Source: a virus
Taxonomy: Duplodnaviria; Caudoviricetes
Direction: 5' to 3' (one strand)
DNA length: 24,378 bases
IMG/VR virus record: IMGVR_UViG_3300025607_000008
Span: 1 to 24,378 of that record
The translations under genes and the position numbers were made by a program. The notes under the pieces are model-generated. The model saw only the letters and a program-made list of their open reading frames with translations. It did not search any database and was not told the DNA's origin. Positions 1 to 10,328 of the stretch are shown here, one piece after another. How positions within the stretch are numbered: the first letter of the stretch is position 1; every line of letters starts with the position of its first letter.

Positions 1-11
1 TAATTGCCATA

Positions 12-40
12 GGGCACAAAAGGACTGAGCACAAAAAAGG
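12..40. repeat. Short direct repeat GGGCACAAAAGG / GAGCACAAAAAAGG, possible integrase arm-type sites near the prophage end
   Basis: GCACAAAA at 14-21 and 29-36, just beyond the last late-operon terminator. The att-arm role is inferred from position only. Confidence 0.3.
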
Positions 41-57
41 CTACGAAAATGTAGCCT
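33..57 (-). terminator. Rho-independent terminator closing the late operon
   Basis: Minus strand AGGCTAC-ATTTTC-GTAGCCT-TTTTT, about 40 nt after the last stop codon. Confidence 0.85.
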
Positions 58-95
58 GTGAGGTTTTTTAACATTTTCAATAGCGGTAATAGCAT

Positions 96-539
96 TTAAA
101 GCACCCCGTTATATTTTTCGTGTTCTTCACCATCGAGCAGCAATTGAGCAAGGCGAGATACTTCATTAAGTACCGTTTTAATGCTCGGCTCTTGAATGTT
201 ATCAATAGTGGTTAAGTTATTAAGTACAACACCTAAACCTTGCGCCACCTTTGCATCATCTAAGTCAACATAAGCGCTACCCACTAAATCATCGTAAATG
301 TCTTCAACATAAATATTAGTCGTATTACGCACCGCATGACGTTCAGCTATATAAAATCGTTGTTTAAGTGCGCGAACGGTAATGACGCGAATAGCTGGTA
401 TAACCTCCACAATAACCACAGGCTCATACCAAGTTTTTTTCACTCCACTGGGGAATCTTGCCCATTCATTATCTAACGGCAATCTTTCAGGCTCTACAGC
501 GATATTGTTTTCTTTATCCCAAGCAATTAAATTTAACAT
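96..539 (-). CDS. Hypothetical phage protein, last late gene (possible fibre-associated or assembly protein), 147 aa
   Basis: Start moved from 572 to ATG 539: it overlaps the upstream stop (TAATG) and follows AAGGAG. No recognisable motif. Confidence 0.75.
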   Translation of the reverse strand: MLNLIAWDKENNIAVEPERLPLDNEWARFPSGVKKTWYEPVVIVEVIPAIRVITVRALKQRFYIAERHAVRNTTNIYVEDIYDDLVGSAYVDLDDAKVAQGLGVVLNNLTTIDNIQEPSIKTVLNEVSRLAQLLLDGEEHEKYNGVL

Positions 540-1324
540 TACAATACTCCTTGTGGTATATGAGTTAACCATGCGGCAACAGACTTATAAGATGAAGATC
601 CAACGACGAAATTAACGCTGCCCTGCATAGTTACCTTTAAAGAGTCTTCAAAAGGGATGCCGATTTTCATGCCCTTTGATGCTGTGTCATTAGGCGTCAC
701 CATCCCTAGCGGCCTTGTTGTCAGATAACCAGCATCAAAGGCGCTAAACTCACCCGTTGACAAGTTAGAATCAGTAGATGGTGAGAACTGAACAAAATCA
801 CCAATACAAAAACGCCTACTAGCCGCAATCCCTGTTACCACAAAAGTATGAACCTCGCCGTCAGCAGTTACGCGAATTGTTATATCGCCAGTAACACTAA
901 GCCCCCCGCACATTACATGAGTTAATACGCCCTCACTCCCTGCACCCGTATCGACAATCGTCTGCTCTAAAGTGTTTGCTGATTGTTGATATACAGCAGT
1001 TTCAAAACCATATTGCGACCAATTATTTTGTAATTGCCCGAAAAAATCATATGAATTTGATTGATAGGTCGTGCTTAGACCTGCTTTTAAAGAAACTAAA
1101 TGGTAATCAACTGTAAATTGAGGCATTATCATGCTGTGCCTGCTGCGCTTGTTGCTCTCAATCAGAGCAACTAATGCTAGGTATGTGCGAACGCCATCAC
1201 CATTAATCACCCTACCCGTATCATCCTCAACAATGCTGGCACCCAAAATAACAACAGGGTTTAGGGTTGTCAGCTCTAAAACCGTACCTGAAATCGAGCT
1301 ATTAGCGTAAATTTTTATTGTCAT
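539..1324 (-). CDS. Hypothetical protein, probably virion tail/fibre-associated, 261 aa
   Basis: Co-oriented ORF 12 nt after the fibre gene, AAGGT RBS, Gly/Ser/Thr/Val-rich and beta-like. Function inferred from position. Confidence 0.7.
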   Translation of the reverse strand: MTIKIYANSSISGTVLELTTLNPVVILGASIVEDDTGRVINGDGVRTYLALVALIESNKRSRHSMIMPQFTVDYHLVSLKAGLSTTYQSNSYDFFGQLQNNWSQYGFETAVYQQSANTLEQTIVDTGAGSEGVLTHVMCGGLSVTGDITIRVTADGEVHTFVVTGIAASRRFCIGDFVQFSPSTDSNLSTGEFSAFDAGYLTTRPLGMVTPNDTASKGMKIGIPFEDSLKVTMQGSVNFVVGSSSYKSVAAWLTHIPQGVL

Positions 1325-1336
1325 GTTCTGGCTACC

Positions 1337-2842
1337 TTATAATGTGTTTACTTCGTCAGGTGTGAAATCTTCGCGCCATATCTTAAAATCTTTCATGTGA
1401 CCCCAGAGTTTTAATGCACCGTTATTACGATATCCACCAACACTAAAAACATCACTATCAGTATGGTTAACCCATGTATCCTCATGCTGTGTTGCACTAT
1501 CTGTTTCACTACCGACATAAGTCGTGACAAGCCCCGTCTTAGCAAAAGTTACCGTAAACTGCTGAGGCACACCTCGAACATTATTACTATGTACGGATGT
1601 GATCGCACTTACACCGCTGCTCTGACTTATTGCTGATATATTGTTAGATGTTGTGAACTTAAAGAGCAGGTGATCATCATTGCCTAGATAAATACCCCAC
1701 ACATAAGCGTTACTTGTTAGCTCTGCTGGCTCATGTAAAAGACTTATTTCAGCGCTTACACTGAGCGCCCCCTTGTCATTTAAAGGAAGGTTATTAATAT
1801 CAATGCTCAAATCATCGGCAGACCTTTCTGCTGGTTCACCTGACGAATTGATCGGGCTTGACGCAAAAGGTAATTGCTCGCACTGCGCCCAATCTACATA
1901 GATAAAGTCCGACCCGTTGCCGTTGAATGTTTCCGAATTACCCCCGTCAGACATTTGTATTTCTTGGTTTAGGGTCGATGTGGAATTACATATCATTTGT
2001 ATAGAACACCTATACCACCCGTTACCTATGTATTCCATTTGATATTGCTTGGGGAGAGTAGCTGTGAATACGTCACCTACCCCATTACTTACAACACCAC
2101 CAACAAGGTCGAACACTACATTGCCATCATTAGACCATGCACCAAAACTATCAGTGGCTAACTGTAAATAACGCCCTGCTCCCGTACCATTACCAGCTTT
2201 GGCAAACACTGATTTAGTATAGGTTTCTCCACTAGTGACTGATATGCTCGTGGGCGAGGTTATTGTGTGAGTTGTAGAAAGCGCACTATCAACAGTTAAC
2301 TTTGTTGCATCAGAAGTGCCGTCAATCCCTTTTGTTGCGTCAGTGCTTGTTGTGGTGCGCGTATTACCCCAATTCAATGTTTTTCTATCACTAAATAAAT
2401 TCTTGCTGTACCCCTCAATTAAAAAGCCTTTTGCTTCTTCGCGTAATTCATTGGCGTTGGCTATCATTAACAACTTAGTATTTTTATCAATATATGTTGC
2501 TGAACTATCACGCTCAAATGACAAACCGCCATTTAATTTTACTACTGACTGACCGCTACCAAATAAATGCACATCAGGGTTGTTGATAAGGCTCCACCGG
2601 ATGGATTTACTAAGATAAAGGCTGTCGTGATTGTGTTTACCCGCCACGGTGTCATTCGCGGCTTGTGCTGAATCACTTGCCGATTTTTTATGCTGAAGCG
2701 TAATTTCTACTTGTTCTTGTGCCTTGTCTGCAGACTTCTCTGCATCGTATTTTGCCTGTTGAACATCACCTGCTTGGGCGCTCATCTGGTTTAGTTTTTC
2801 TAAATAATCTTTGTCATTGAGCTTAAATTGAACAGCGGTCAC
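1337..2842 (-). CDS. Tail fibre / receptor-binding protein with lectin (LamG/CBM-like) domains
   Basis: GTG start after GAGG. Short N-terminal anchor, coiled coil, HNHDSLY motif, FERDSSATY..GFLIEGYSKNL, GNGWYRCS, QCEQLPFASS and a GHMKDFKIW LamG-like C-terminus. Confidence 0.75.
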   Translation of the reverse strand: MTAVQFKLNDKDYLEKLNQMSAQAGDVQQAKYDAEKSADKAQEQVEITLQHKKSASDSAQAANDTVAGKHNHDSLYLSKSIRWSLINNPDVHLFGSGQSVVKLNGGLSFERDSSATYIDKNTKLLMIANANELREEAKGFLIEGYSKNLFSDRKTLNWGNTRTTTSTDATKGIDGTSDATKLTVDSALSTTHTITSPTSISVTSGETYTKSVFAKAGNGTGAGRYLQLATDSFGAWSNDGNVVFDLVGGVVSNGVGDVFTATLPKQYQMEYIGNGWYRCSIQMICNSTSTLNQEIQMSDGGNSETFNGNGSDFIYVDWAQCEQLPFASSPINSSGEPAERSADDLSIDINNLPLNDKGALSVSAEISLLHEPAELTSNAYVWGIYLGNDDHLLFKFTTSNNISAISQSSGVSAITSVHSNNVRGVPQQFTVTFAKTGLVTTYVGSETDSATQHEDTWVNHTDSDVFSVGGYRNNGALKLWGHMKDFKIWREDFTPDEVNTL

Positions 2843-3715
2843 TTAAACCTCTCTCACGCTAATAGGCGTTGAATAGTTATTATGGAAATCATGGGTACTA
2901 CTGGGTATGCTTTTGCATTTAGCGGCAAAGGCATGATCTCGTCGTTTTTGACCGCTTTCACCAGGATAAAGAGAAATGTAAAAATCTTGATGTAAACCAA
3001 CAAGACTAAAAAACTCAGTAAACTTAGGTCGTTCGTATTCATCAAGCCATTGCAAGCTCAAGTCAAGGTGGCGAATTGCTGGAGCATAAACAGTATGAAA
3101 ACTACCATCAGCCGTTGCGACCCCCGATGAACTGGTGACCTCAGGTGACATTTTGGCGCCATAACTAAAGTTAGTGTTGGGTGACTGAGCAAGGCCATTG
3201 TAAATTCGCGCAAGATCAATAAATAAATCAGGGTTATCGGGATCGTTAATCACAATGAGTTGACTTTGTACTGCCACCGGCTCTAACTCATCACTGTTAT
3301 TTTTTAGCCAGATTTCGGTAAATTTTTTCTCAAAAGCGCTTTGATCAAAGATGTTAGCGCCTAATGCTTCAACGCCCCATTCCAGCTCGCCCAGTGATTT
3401 GGCTTCAATAGCATTCACAATGCCGCTATCAAATACCGGTACGCCTGATAAATCATTGCTGACATAACCAAGCCATTGCACTGTCGCGGTAGCACTGAGG
3501 TTATGGCGCCATAACACTAAGCCTGAAACAATGCCTGGCTCATTAAATGCTACTTTGATTTCAACATTGGTTAATGATGTTGTTCTAAACACTTCAGCAT
3601 TACTGTAAAGCTGGGTGTTCGATGGCTCTAAACCTGCTATTTCAACCCCTGTTTTTAATGTTACTGCTGCAACATCAAACGAATCGTTGCGCATAACAAC
3701 CATGTTATTACTCAC
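2843..3715 (-). CDS. Minor tail (distal-tail-like) protein, 290 aa
   Basis: ATGA overlap with the upstream gene. LWRHNLS..ATV, FDSG, NPDLFIDLARI and NFSYGA motifs resemble siphophage minor tail proteins. Confidence 0.65.
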   Translation of the reverse strand: MSNNMVVMRNDSFDVAAVTLKTGVEIAGLEPSNTQLYSNAEVFRTTSLTNVEIKVAFNEPGIVSGLVLWRHNLSATATVQWLGYVSNDLSGVPVFDSGIVNAIEAKSLGELEWGVEALGANIFDQSAFEKKFTEIWLKNNSDELEPVAVQSQLIVINDPDNPDLFIDLARIYNGLAQSPNTNFSYGAKMSPEVTSSSGVATADGSFHTVYAPAIRHLDLSLQWLDEYERPKFTEFFSLVGLHQDFYISLYPGESGQKRRDHAFAAKCKSIPSSTHDFHNNYSTPISVREV

Positions 3716-5154
3716 GCTAACACCTCCATAATGTCAGTTGGGTTATTCAGTCGGTGTATTTGCCCTACCACTACCGCATCTTTACTGCCGCCAAAATAGC
3801 GCGGATAGGTCACATTAACCGTACTGCCTTGGTTATGCTTTTTGATGGTGGTTTCCATGCTGTAAATGGTCCGAGGGTGTTTAAGTAAAGGTAATCGCCT
3901 AACAAGCTCTGTTTGCACATCAGCGAGATTGGCTATTAAGGTTGGTATTATTAACTCTTCTGCAGCAGAAGAGTTAACCACTGTATTGGTTCCGCTACTG
4001 ACACTATTGTCTTTTTGATATAACGCAGCTAACTCAGGGTTGTTCTCAGTGATCACTGCCGCTAAACCATCCCCTTGCGGGGTGTAGTTTTTTTGAAAAG
4101 CTAGGGTTAATTTACTAATGGCCGGTAACCGATCTTTAATACGCAAGCTGCCATTTTTTATTTGTCCTGCGGTAATAAAATCAGTTACTGGCGTAATGCC
4201 GACATAATGCTGTAATCTAAATTGACTTAATGCATCAAAGTACCAGTTAGCCCCGACACTTTGACAAACCTCATCGATGCACTCATCAATGTTGCGTTGT
4301 TTTTGCTGGTAAAGGCCTAGCGTATAACTTGGCAAAACCAGACTATCAACCGCCGCACTTTGCCCAGCAATGAACAAAAGGTGGTTAATTATTTGCTCTG
4401 CAGTTTTAAGATAAACACCATTTTCAACATGGCCCTGACAATCAAGGGTCAGTCTACCCGTTACGTTTTTATTGATGGTAATGGTGCCGACACTTTTGTT
4501 AACCGTATAATTAACGGGACTGATAACAAAACCGCTTTCTCTTACCTGTGTTACTGACTCAATAGCACCATCATTGATCTGATACGTTCGAGATATCGCG
4601 TTGGTTAAAACAGGTTCAATATTAAAACATTGGCCAAAACAGCGCGGCTTGAAAACATCGTTATTCTCAACGCTGGTGATCGCATTAGTTAATACCGGCT
4701 TAGTTAATGATTTACTAAAATCACTAAACAAAAGTCGGGCGCGGTTGTCATCAACGGGATCAATGTTTTTACTGACACCGACAAACTTTTCAATAAACAA
4801 ATCACGGGACCATTTTGGCGCGCCAATCAGTACCCGTATTTTTTGCCCCGAAAAATCAGCCGAGGTAATTAACGCCTCAACTTTTTCATGAAGAAAAAAC
4901 TCGATAGCACTAGTGCTTGTCGTTGTTTCACCGAACAAAACCACACTCATTCGCTGGCTAAAAGTAAGCGTAGAGCCAACGTTTAACCAGTTATGATAAA
5001 CTTGATTAGCTTTAACATCGGTTGGTTTGGCTCTAAAAGGGTAATTACTTAAGTGCAGGGTTTTTAACTCCCCTGCTTCTAAATAATCCGCTTCAACAAG
5101 GATGCACCGAAAAAGCCCTGGTCGCTTTAACCATTGGATTTTTGTTAAGCTCAT
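3712..5154 (-). CDS. Tail tip / baseplate-hub-like protein, 480 aa
   Basis: Directly follows the tape measure gene (ATGA overlap). KPRCFGQCFNIEPVL and IDEVCQSVGANWYFD motifs. Confidence 0.65.
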   Translation of the reverse strand: MSLTKIQWLKRPGLFRCILVEADYLEAGELKTLHLSNYPFRAKPTDVKANQVYHNWLNVGSTLTFSQRMSVVLFGETTTSTSAIEFFLHEKVEALITSADFSGQKIRVLIGAPKWSRDLFIEKFVGVSKNIDPVDDNRARLLFSDFSKSLTKPVLTNAITSVENNDVFKPRCFGQCFNIEPVLTNAISRTYQINDGAIESVTQVRESGFVISPVNYTVNKSVGTITINKNVTGRLTLDCQGHVENGVYLKTAEQIINHLLFIAGQSAAVDSLVLPSYTLGLYQQKQRNIDECIDEVCQSVGANWYFDALSQFRLQHYVGITPVTDFITAGQIKNGSLRIKDRLPAISKLTLAFQKNYTPQGDGLAAVITENNPELAALYQKDNSVSSGTNTVVNSSAAEELIIPTLIANLADVQTELVRRLPLLKHPRTIYSMETTIKKHNQGSTVNVTYPRYFGGSKDAVVVGQIHRLNNPTDIMEVLA

Positions 5155-8100
5155 GGTGCATATTTCCTGATACTATTAGTTTCTGAAAATCTCATTTCCA
5201 TTGCTTCTAATCGAGAATTGTTTTGTTCAGCTGCTTCAGCTTGTGCCTTGGTTTGCTTTTTAGTTAACTCAACTAGCTCATTCAACTTATTATCAGGATT
5301 AGCCACCACTGGTGCGGGTGTAGCAGGTATGGCGGGTAAATAAATCGGTTGAGGATTAACAATCACCGGAGCGGGTATGGCTGGAATCTCGATATTGTTA
5401 ATTGCACCAACAACTTCATTAAGACCATTCGTAATAGAGTGAACAAACTCTGCCGTTTGCGCTTGTAATTGCTGGTTAAGCCCTGCCATCGCTTCATCAT
5501 ATCTATCCGCTAACGTTGCCATTTCACCGGTTAAGTTATCAGCATTGACCGCATTTAATTCATCGGTAAGTAATTGCAGTGACTCAAGCTCTAACAGCAA
5601 GTTATTTTGCAATTCAAGGTTGTCATTTTGGTAGCGCGTTGTTTGTGCCGGAACACTTGGCGCAGCTCCTGCATCGGTTGAACTAAATGCATTCGTTACT
5701 TCATCAAATATCGCTTGATATTCTGAGCTTGCCGTACCGCCATAGTAGTTTTTAGCTTGCTCTAAGTACTGTTGACCACTGCCTTGTAAATTAGCTATAT
5801 CACCTGTGCTAAGGGCTTTGGTAAAACTCTCTTTCGAAAAGTTAAATTGCTCAGCACTAGTAAAGGTTGATAAATCGCCAAAACGTAAATCATCCGCGGC
5901 TTTTTTAAGGTTTTTAGCCGCATCAGCAAGGGCTTGATAATTACTTAAATCATTTTGATAACGCTCATTGGCAAGATCAGAAAGTTGATTGTTGCTATCA
6001 ATCTCAGCTTGATATTTGTTTTGTAATGCCTGGCTTAATTTATCAATAGTCGATAATTGCGCGCCAATATCGCCATTGCCTAAACCACTTCGTAAACTGT
6101 TGACGTTATCTGATTGATAACCAACTTCATCCCAACCGCTCATTTGTCGTTTAAGCGTTAAAATACTACCGGCTATAGATTGAGCAACCCCTGCAATAGA
6201 CGTACTCATTTGCTCATTAGCACTAACTAATTCAGCGACTGCAGCAGTATGTGACTTGTTGAGTTTATCAAGCTCAACTTGATGGGTGTTGTTGATTTCA
6301 GCTAATGCACTATCAATAATAGTTTGACGCTTTTTGCTATGTAGCAGCTCAAGCATTTCAGTGCCTAGGCCTAATGCTTGTGCTTCACTGGCATAATCAG
6401 CAAATTGTTTCTGCAAGTTATATAGCTGCGTTTGTACAGGGCTAAAGTCGAGCAAAGCTAACTGGGTACCAATGTCTTTACTAAACGCTAAACGCGCTAT
6501 CGCTAGTTCTTTTTCTTTTTCAATGGTGTTATCAACCGCGCCACCTTGATTTTCTAGTGCATCTAAGTATTCAGCGGTTTGACCTGACAGTAATAATAAT
6601 TGCGCATATAACTGTTGGTCTGCTTCATTTAAAGGCTCTAACGCACTAACGAGATCCTTAAAACCTGCTTTGGTGGCAGGAACACTTAACCCAAGCGCTT
6701 CAAATTGAGCGTTAAGCTGCTTTTGCATGTATTCAAACTGTTCAGCTTCACTATAAAATTCAGTAAAGAACGTACTTGCTGCACCTTGCAGTGCTTCAAT
6801 GCCTCCTGCGTAACCAATAATGGCCTGAGTCGCTACAATGGTTTTATTCGCATCAACATTCGCTAAGGTATTACCTGTGATTTCAAGGACTGAATTAAAT
6901 ACCGCTTGCTCTTGAGAAAGTCGGATCAGTGTTTCATAGAGCCCTTCCCCCACTTTTTGAAAGTTTACGATGCCTGGTACTAAATACGTTGCCATTAAAT
7001 CGGCTTGGCTAGACAGTATGGCTTCAAGCTCAGCTTGTATTTCGTCACCTGAAAGGCCTTTGAAACTCATCGCGCCAATACTCAATACGAAGTTATCGAG
7101 ATTTTTTTGTGTATCAACACCTAATACGTCTATGGCACTGGTAATAGACGTGCCTATATTGCCAAATACTAGTGCTAATTCGTGCTCTAACTGTTGATCA
7201 ACATCTTGGTATTGTGTGCTGTAACTTGTGCTTGATGATAAACCCCAAAACTTTTTCTTTTTGGTTTTAATATCAAAATATTGCTGTGCTTGAACTAAGC
7301 CCGTGTCGATAATATCGCCCATGGTTTGGCTAACAATATTGATGCCCGAATCGACTAATGATTTTTTCGTGGATGAGAAGCCGCCAATAATTTTATCTAA
7401 GATACCGCCGCCTAAACTGCCAAAGACAACATCCAATTTACTGTCTATTTTTTCAAATAAACCATTACTATTATATTTTGACGTTTCGCCCAGTTGACCG
7501 CTATAACCAGCCCCATCAAACTTACCAAAATTACTGACAAAACTTGTCGCTAGGTGAGTAATGTTATTGTTTAAATCATTTAAGCTATTGTTCATTTCAC
7601 GCAATTCTGCGTATTTATCAAGCTCTAACTCTTCAATGCGTTCAAAGCTATTAATAAGTGATGCGGATTTATCATCACTGCCAAGTACTGTACCGGTACC
7701 TTGATTTTCTTGGCGCTCTGCTGATGAAGTTGGTGCCGAGCCTGAACTCCCGCTTGTGGCAATACCAAGGCCTGCAACAACAGCAACCATGGCTGCAATA
7801 CGTACCCATGCAGTGTACGGATCCCCTTGTCCTTGATTAATGATTGCTGTGGTACCTAAAGCGGCTTGTTTAACCGTTTCATTCGCTACCACTGCAGTTG
7901 TTTCAGCTGAACTCATCAACATTTTTTTAACAGACATGGCTAATGAAGCAATGGCTAACCCCTGTTCAATAGCATGAAATGCTTTGGCAGCTTTCGAGTT
8001 TTCTTTAAACATACTCGAGGCAGCACCCGCGATGGATGAATAACTATTTAGCTGGGCTTGGGTGTTGCCATAATCAAGTTTGGCTTCTTCTTTTTTCAGC

Positions 8101-10328
8101 TTGTTTAAATCAGCACCCACTACCTTTTGTTTTTGGTGGTTTATTTCAATGGCTTTATTGTATTTTTCTTGACCTACAAACAAGTTTTCCATTTGCTGAC
8201 CAATACTGCCAAAGGTATCGACGATAATATTACCAGCACTGGCCCATGCTTCACCAACACCGTTAGCACCAGCTATCATATTTTGATAAAAGTCATTCTC
8301 TGCATTGATTTCGTCTTGAATGTTTTTTTGATCGGCTAAAGCGTTGGTGTATTTCTCAACCTCTTGACGTTGCTCATCTGTTGCATTTATTGATAATTTA
8401 CTTAAGTTTATTTCGGCTTGCTTTTGGACTTCACCCATACCACTTAAGCGAATTTTTTCTTTGAGTGAATTTATAAACTTTTGGTCCGAACTGATTTCAA
8501 CGTCTTTAGATTTAGTGCTGTTTTTATATTCAGCTGCAAGCGATGCTACATGCCGCTTATATTCTTGAATATTGAGAGAGCCCGATAAATATGAAGAATG
8601 CAGCTGCTTCATATCTTCCCCGTACTGTCGTGAAGTTTGAGCTAATGGGTTCAGTCTATCGATTAGTGACTGGCTTTCTTTTGACAGCGAGGCAATTGAT
8701 TTAGTTGAGCTGTCACTAGATTCGCTCCACTTTATACTTTCGAGGTTTACACCAACCAAATTTTCCTGAAGCTTACCGTAAGCTTCTTGTAATACGGATA
8801 ATTCCGCACTTAGCTCTGCAGCTTCTTGCCTTTTTTCTGAAGAAAAAGCAGAAGAACGTTTATTATTACCCCGAGAATCCATTGCTTCAAGTTGCTGTGC
8901 TTGTTTTCCAAGCGCTATTATTTCAGCAGTTTTATCATCAATTAATCGTTTATAACTGGCGGCTTTTAACTCTTGTTGACGTCTAGTCATGTTTTCAATG
9001 CTAGAGACTACTTTATCAGTGCTTTCTTTTAACTTATCAGCAGAGGATTTTGCGCTATCCATGCCACTGGCCATTTCATAAAGTGCATAACCGGCTAACA
9101 TTGCCACGCCTACTGGTCCACCTAACAACGCCATACTGCCACCAAGTAATCGGCTTGTTACACTTGCACGATTCATGGCTACATTGTGTGCATTAGTAGC
9201 AACAGTAAGGATTCGCTCAGATGCTGCCGCTTTACCGTTGGCCAACGCTAAATTATTAAGAGCTCTCGTTCTGGCGTAAGTAGTTTTTGCTATAGTTAAA
9301 GATCGCTTGGCTGCTAGTTGTTCTTGAATAGCTTTATGATTTGCTGACTTTGCTAACATCAGCTCACTTGCTTGTAATTTGATGTTTGCCTGTAGCTTAC
9401 CTAACGAAGCTATTTTATTATCTAACATCCCTTTGCTACTTTTAGCGAGGGCTGCAACAAGGTGCCCACCAGCGACTACAGACAACGTTTCAATAACTGA
9501 AATTACCGCAGGTAAGTTTGAAGACAAGCCATCAACACCTAAAGCTATAGTATCAATGGTTCCACCAATACCGCTTGCAGCACCTTGACTTCCAATGCCG
9601 TCATATAACTGAGCAAACGATGTTTGCAAATTACTAGTTTTAGCGCTTAAGCGACCCATTTGGTCACCCATAGCATCACCAAACTTGTTATTACCTAAGT
9701 CGATTAAATACTGCTGAATACTAGCCGCATCTTTTTTGATTTCTGTGCTGGTACCTTGAAAGGTAAAACGAACCTTATCGCCTTGTGAGCTCGCTTTAAT
9801 ACCAAATTCTTTTAAGCGTTCAAATTCACCAACTGAAGCATCAGCAACCGCCTCAATCATTTGCATTAAATCTTTGCCCATGGCAGCAGCAGTATTACCG
9901 TAGCTGATCATAGACTCACGAGAGGGATCCAGCCCTAAATGTGTTAATTTGGTAAAACCCTCTACCGATTGCGCTAAGGTAAAAGGGGTTTCTTTTGAAA
10001 TGGCAATTAATCGCTCTAGCTCTTTACCCGCTGAAGAAAAATCACCTGTTATTGTTTTTAACTGACCTCTATAGCCCTGAAATGCATCAATACCACGGTA
10101 AACTTCATTAGCAAGTAAGCCAAAACTTACACCTGCAACCACCCCTTTTAACAAGCCAAACTCTTTAGTCATTCCACCAATTGAAGCTTTGGATGTCGTA
10201 GCCTCTTGCTGAAAGCGCTTCTGTTTAGTGTTAAGTTTGGTTAGTTCGTCTTTAGTTGCTTTTACAGCAGATACGCCACCTTTAGCATTACCCTTGATGA
10301 CCAAACCAACTTGATAATTTTTAGCCAT
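5151..10328 (-). CDS. Tail tape measure protein (about 1725 aa)
   Basis: Very long, helical, Ala/Leu/Gln-rich. Tape-measure domain (ETPFTLAQ, GEFERLKEFGI) and LLGGPVG hydrophobic segment. Start moved to MAKNYQVGLVI at 10328; the ORF-track start at 10391 lies well inside the upstream gene. Confidence 0.93.
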   Translation of the reverse strand: MAKNYQVGLVIKGNAKGGVSAVKATKDELTKLNTKQKRFQQEATTSKASIGGMTKEFGLLKGVVAGVSFGLLANEVYRGIDAFQGYRGQLKTITGDFSSAGKELERLIAISKETPFTLAQSVEGFTKLTHLGLDPSRESMISYGNTAAAMGKDLMQMIEAVADASVGEFERLKEFGIKASSQGDKVRFTFQGTSTEIKKDAASIQQYLIDLGNNKFGDAMGDQMGRLSAKTSNLQTSFAQLYDGIGSQGAASGIGGTIDTIALGVDGLSSNLPAVISVIETLSVVAGGHLVAALAKSSKGMLDNKIASLGKLQANIKLQASELMLAKSANHKAIQEQLAAKRSLTIAKTTYARTRALNNLALANGKAAASERILTVATNAHNVAMNRASVTSRLLGGSMALLGGPVGVAMLAGYALYEMASGMDSAKSSADKLKESTDKVVSSIENMTRRQQELKAASYKRLIDDKTAEIIALGKQAQQLEAMDSRGNNKRSSAFSSEKRQEAAELSAELSVLQEAYGKLQENLVGVNLESIKWSESSDSSTKSIASLSKESQSLIDRLNPLAQTSRQYGEDMKQLHSSYLSGSLNIQEYKRHVASLAAEYKNSTKSKDVEISSDQKFINSLKEKIRLSGMGEVQKQAEINLSKLSINATDEQRQEVEKYTNALADQKNIQDEINAENDFYQNMIAGANGVGEAWASAGNIIVDTFGSIGQQMENLFVGQEKYNKAIEINHQKQKVVGADLNKLKKEEAKLDYGNTQAQLNSYSSIAGAASSMFKENSKAAKAFHAIEQGLAIASLAMSVKKMLMSSAETTAVVANETVKQAALGTTAIINQGQGDPYTAWVRIAAMVAVVAGLGIATSGSSGSAPTSSAERQENQGTGTVLGSDDKSASLINSFERIEELELDKYAELREMNNSLNDLNNNITHLATSFVSNFGKFDGAGYSGQLGETSKYNSNGLFEKIDSKLDVVFGSLGGGILDKIIGGFSSTKKSLVDSGINIVSQTMGDIIDTGLVQAQQYFDIKTKKKKFWGLSSSTSYSTQYQDVDQQLEHELALVFGNIGTSITSAIDVLGVDTQKNLDNFVLSIGAMSFKGLSGDEIQAELEAILSSQADLMATYLVPGIVNFQKVGEGLYETLIRLSQEQAVFNSVLEITGNTLANVDANKTIVATQAIIGYAGGIEALQGAASTFFTEFYSEAEQFEYMQKQLNAQFEALGLSVPATKAGFKDLVSALEPLNEADQQLYAQLLLLSGQTAEYLDALENQGGAVDNTIEKEKELAIARLAFSKDIGTQLALLDFSPVQTQLYNLQKQFADYASEAQALGLGTEMLELLHSKKRQTIIDSALAEINNTHQVELDKLNKSHTAAVAELVSANEQMSTSIAGVAQSIAGSILTLKRQMSGWDEVGYQSDNVNSLRSGLGNGDIGAQLSTIDKLSQALQNKYQAEIDSNNQLSDLANERYQNDLSNYQALADAAKNLKKAADDLRFGDLSTFTSAEQFNFSKESFTKALSTGDIANLQGSGQQYLEQAKNYYGGTASSEYQAIFDEVTNAFSSTDAGAAPSVPAQTTRYQNDNLELQNNLLLELESLQLLTDELNAVNADNLTGEMATLADRYDEAMAGLNQQLQAQTAEFVHSITNGLNEVVGAINNIEIPAIPAPVIVNPQPIYLPAIPATPAPVVANPDNKLNELVELTKKQTKAQAEAAEQNNSRLEAMEMRFSETNSIRKYAP

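Noticed and set aside
96-2842. Diversity-generating retroelement or invertible fibre cassette
   Set aside because: No reverse transcriptase or invertase, and I saw no template/variable repeat pair or flanking inverted repeats by eye.
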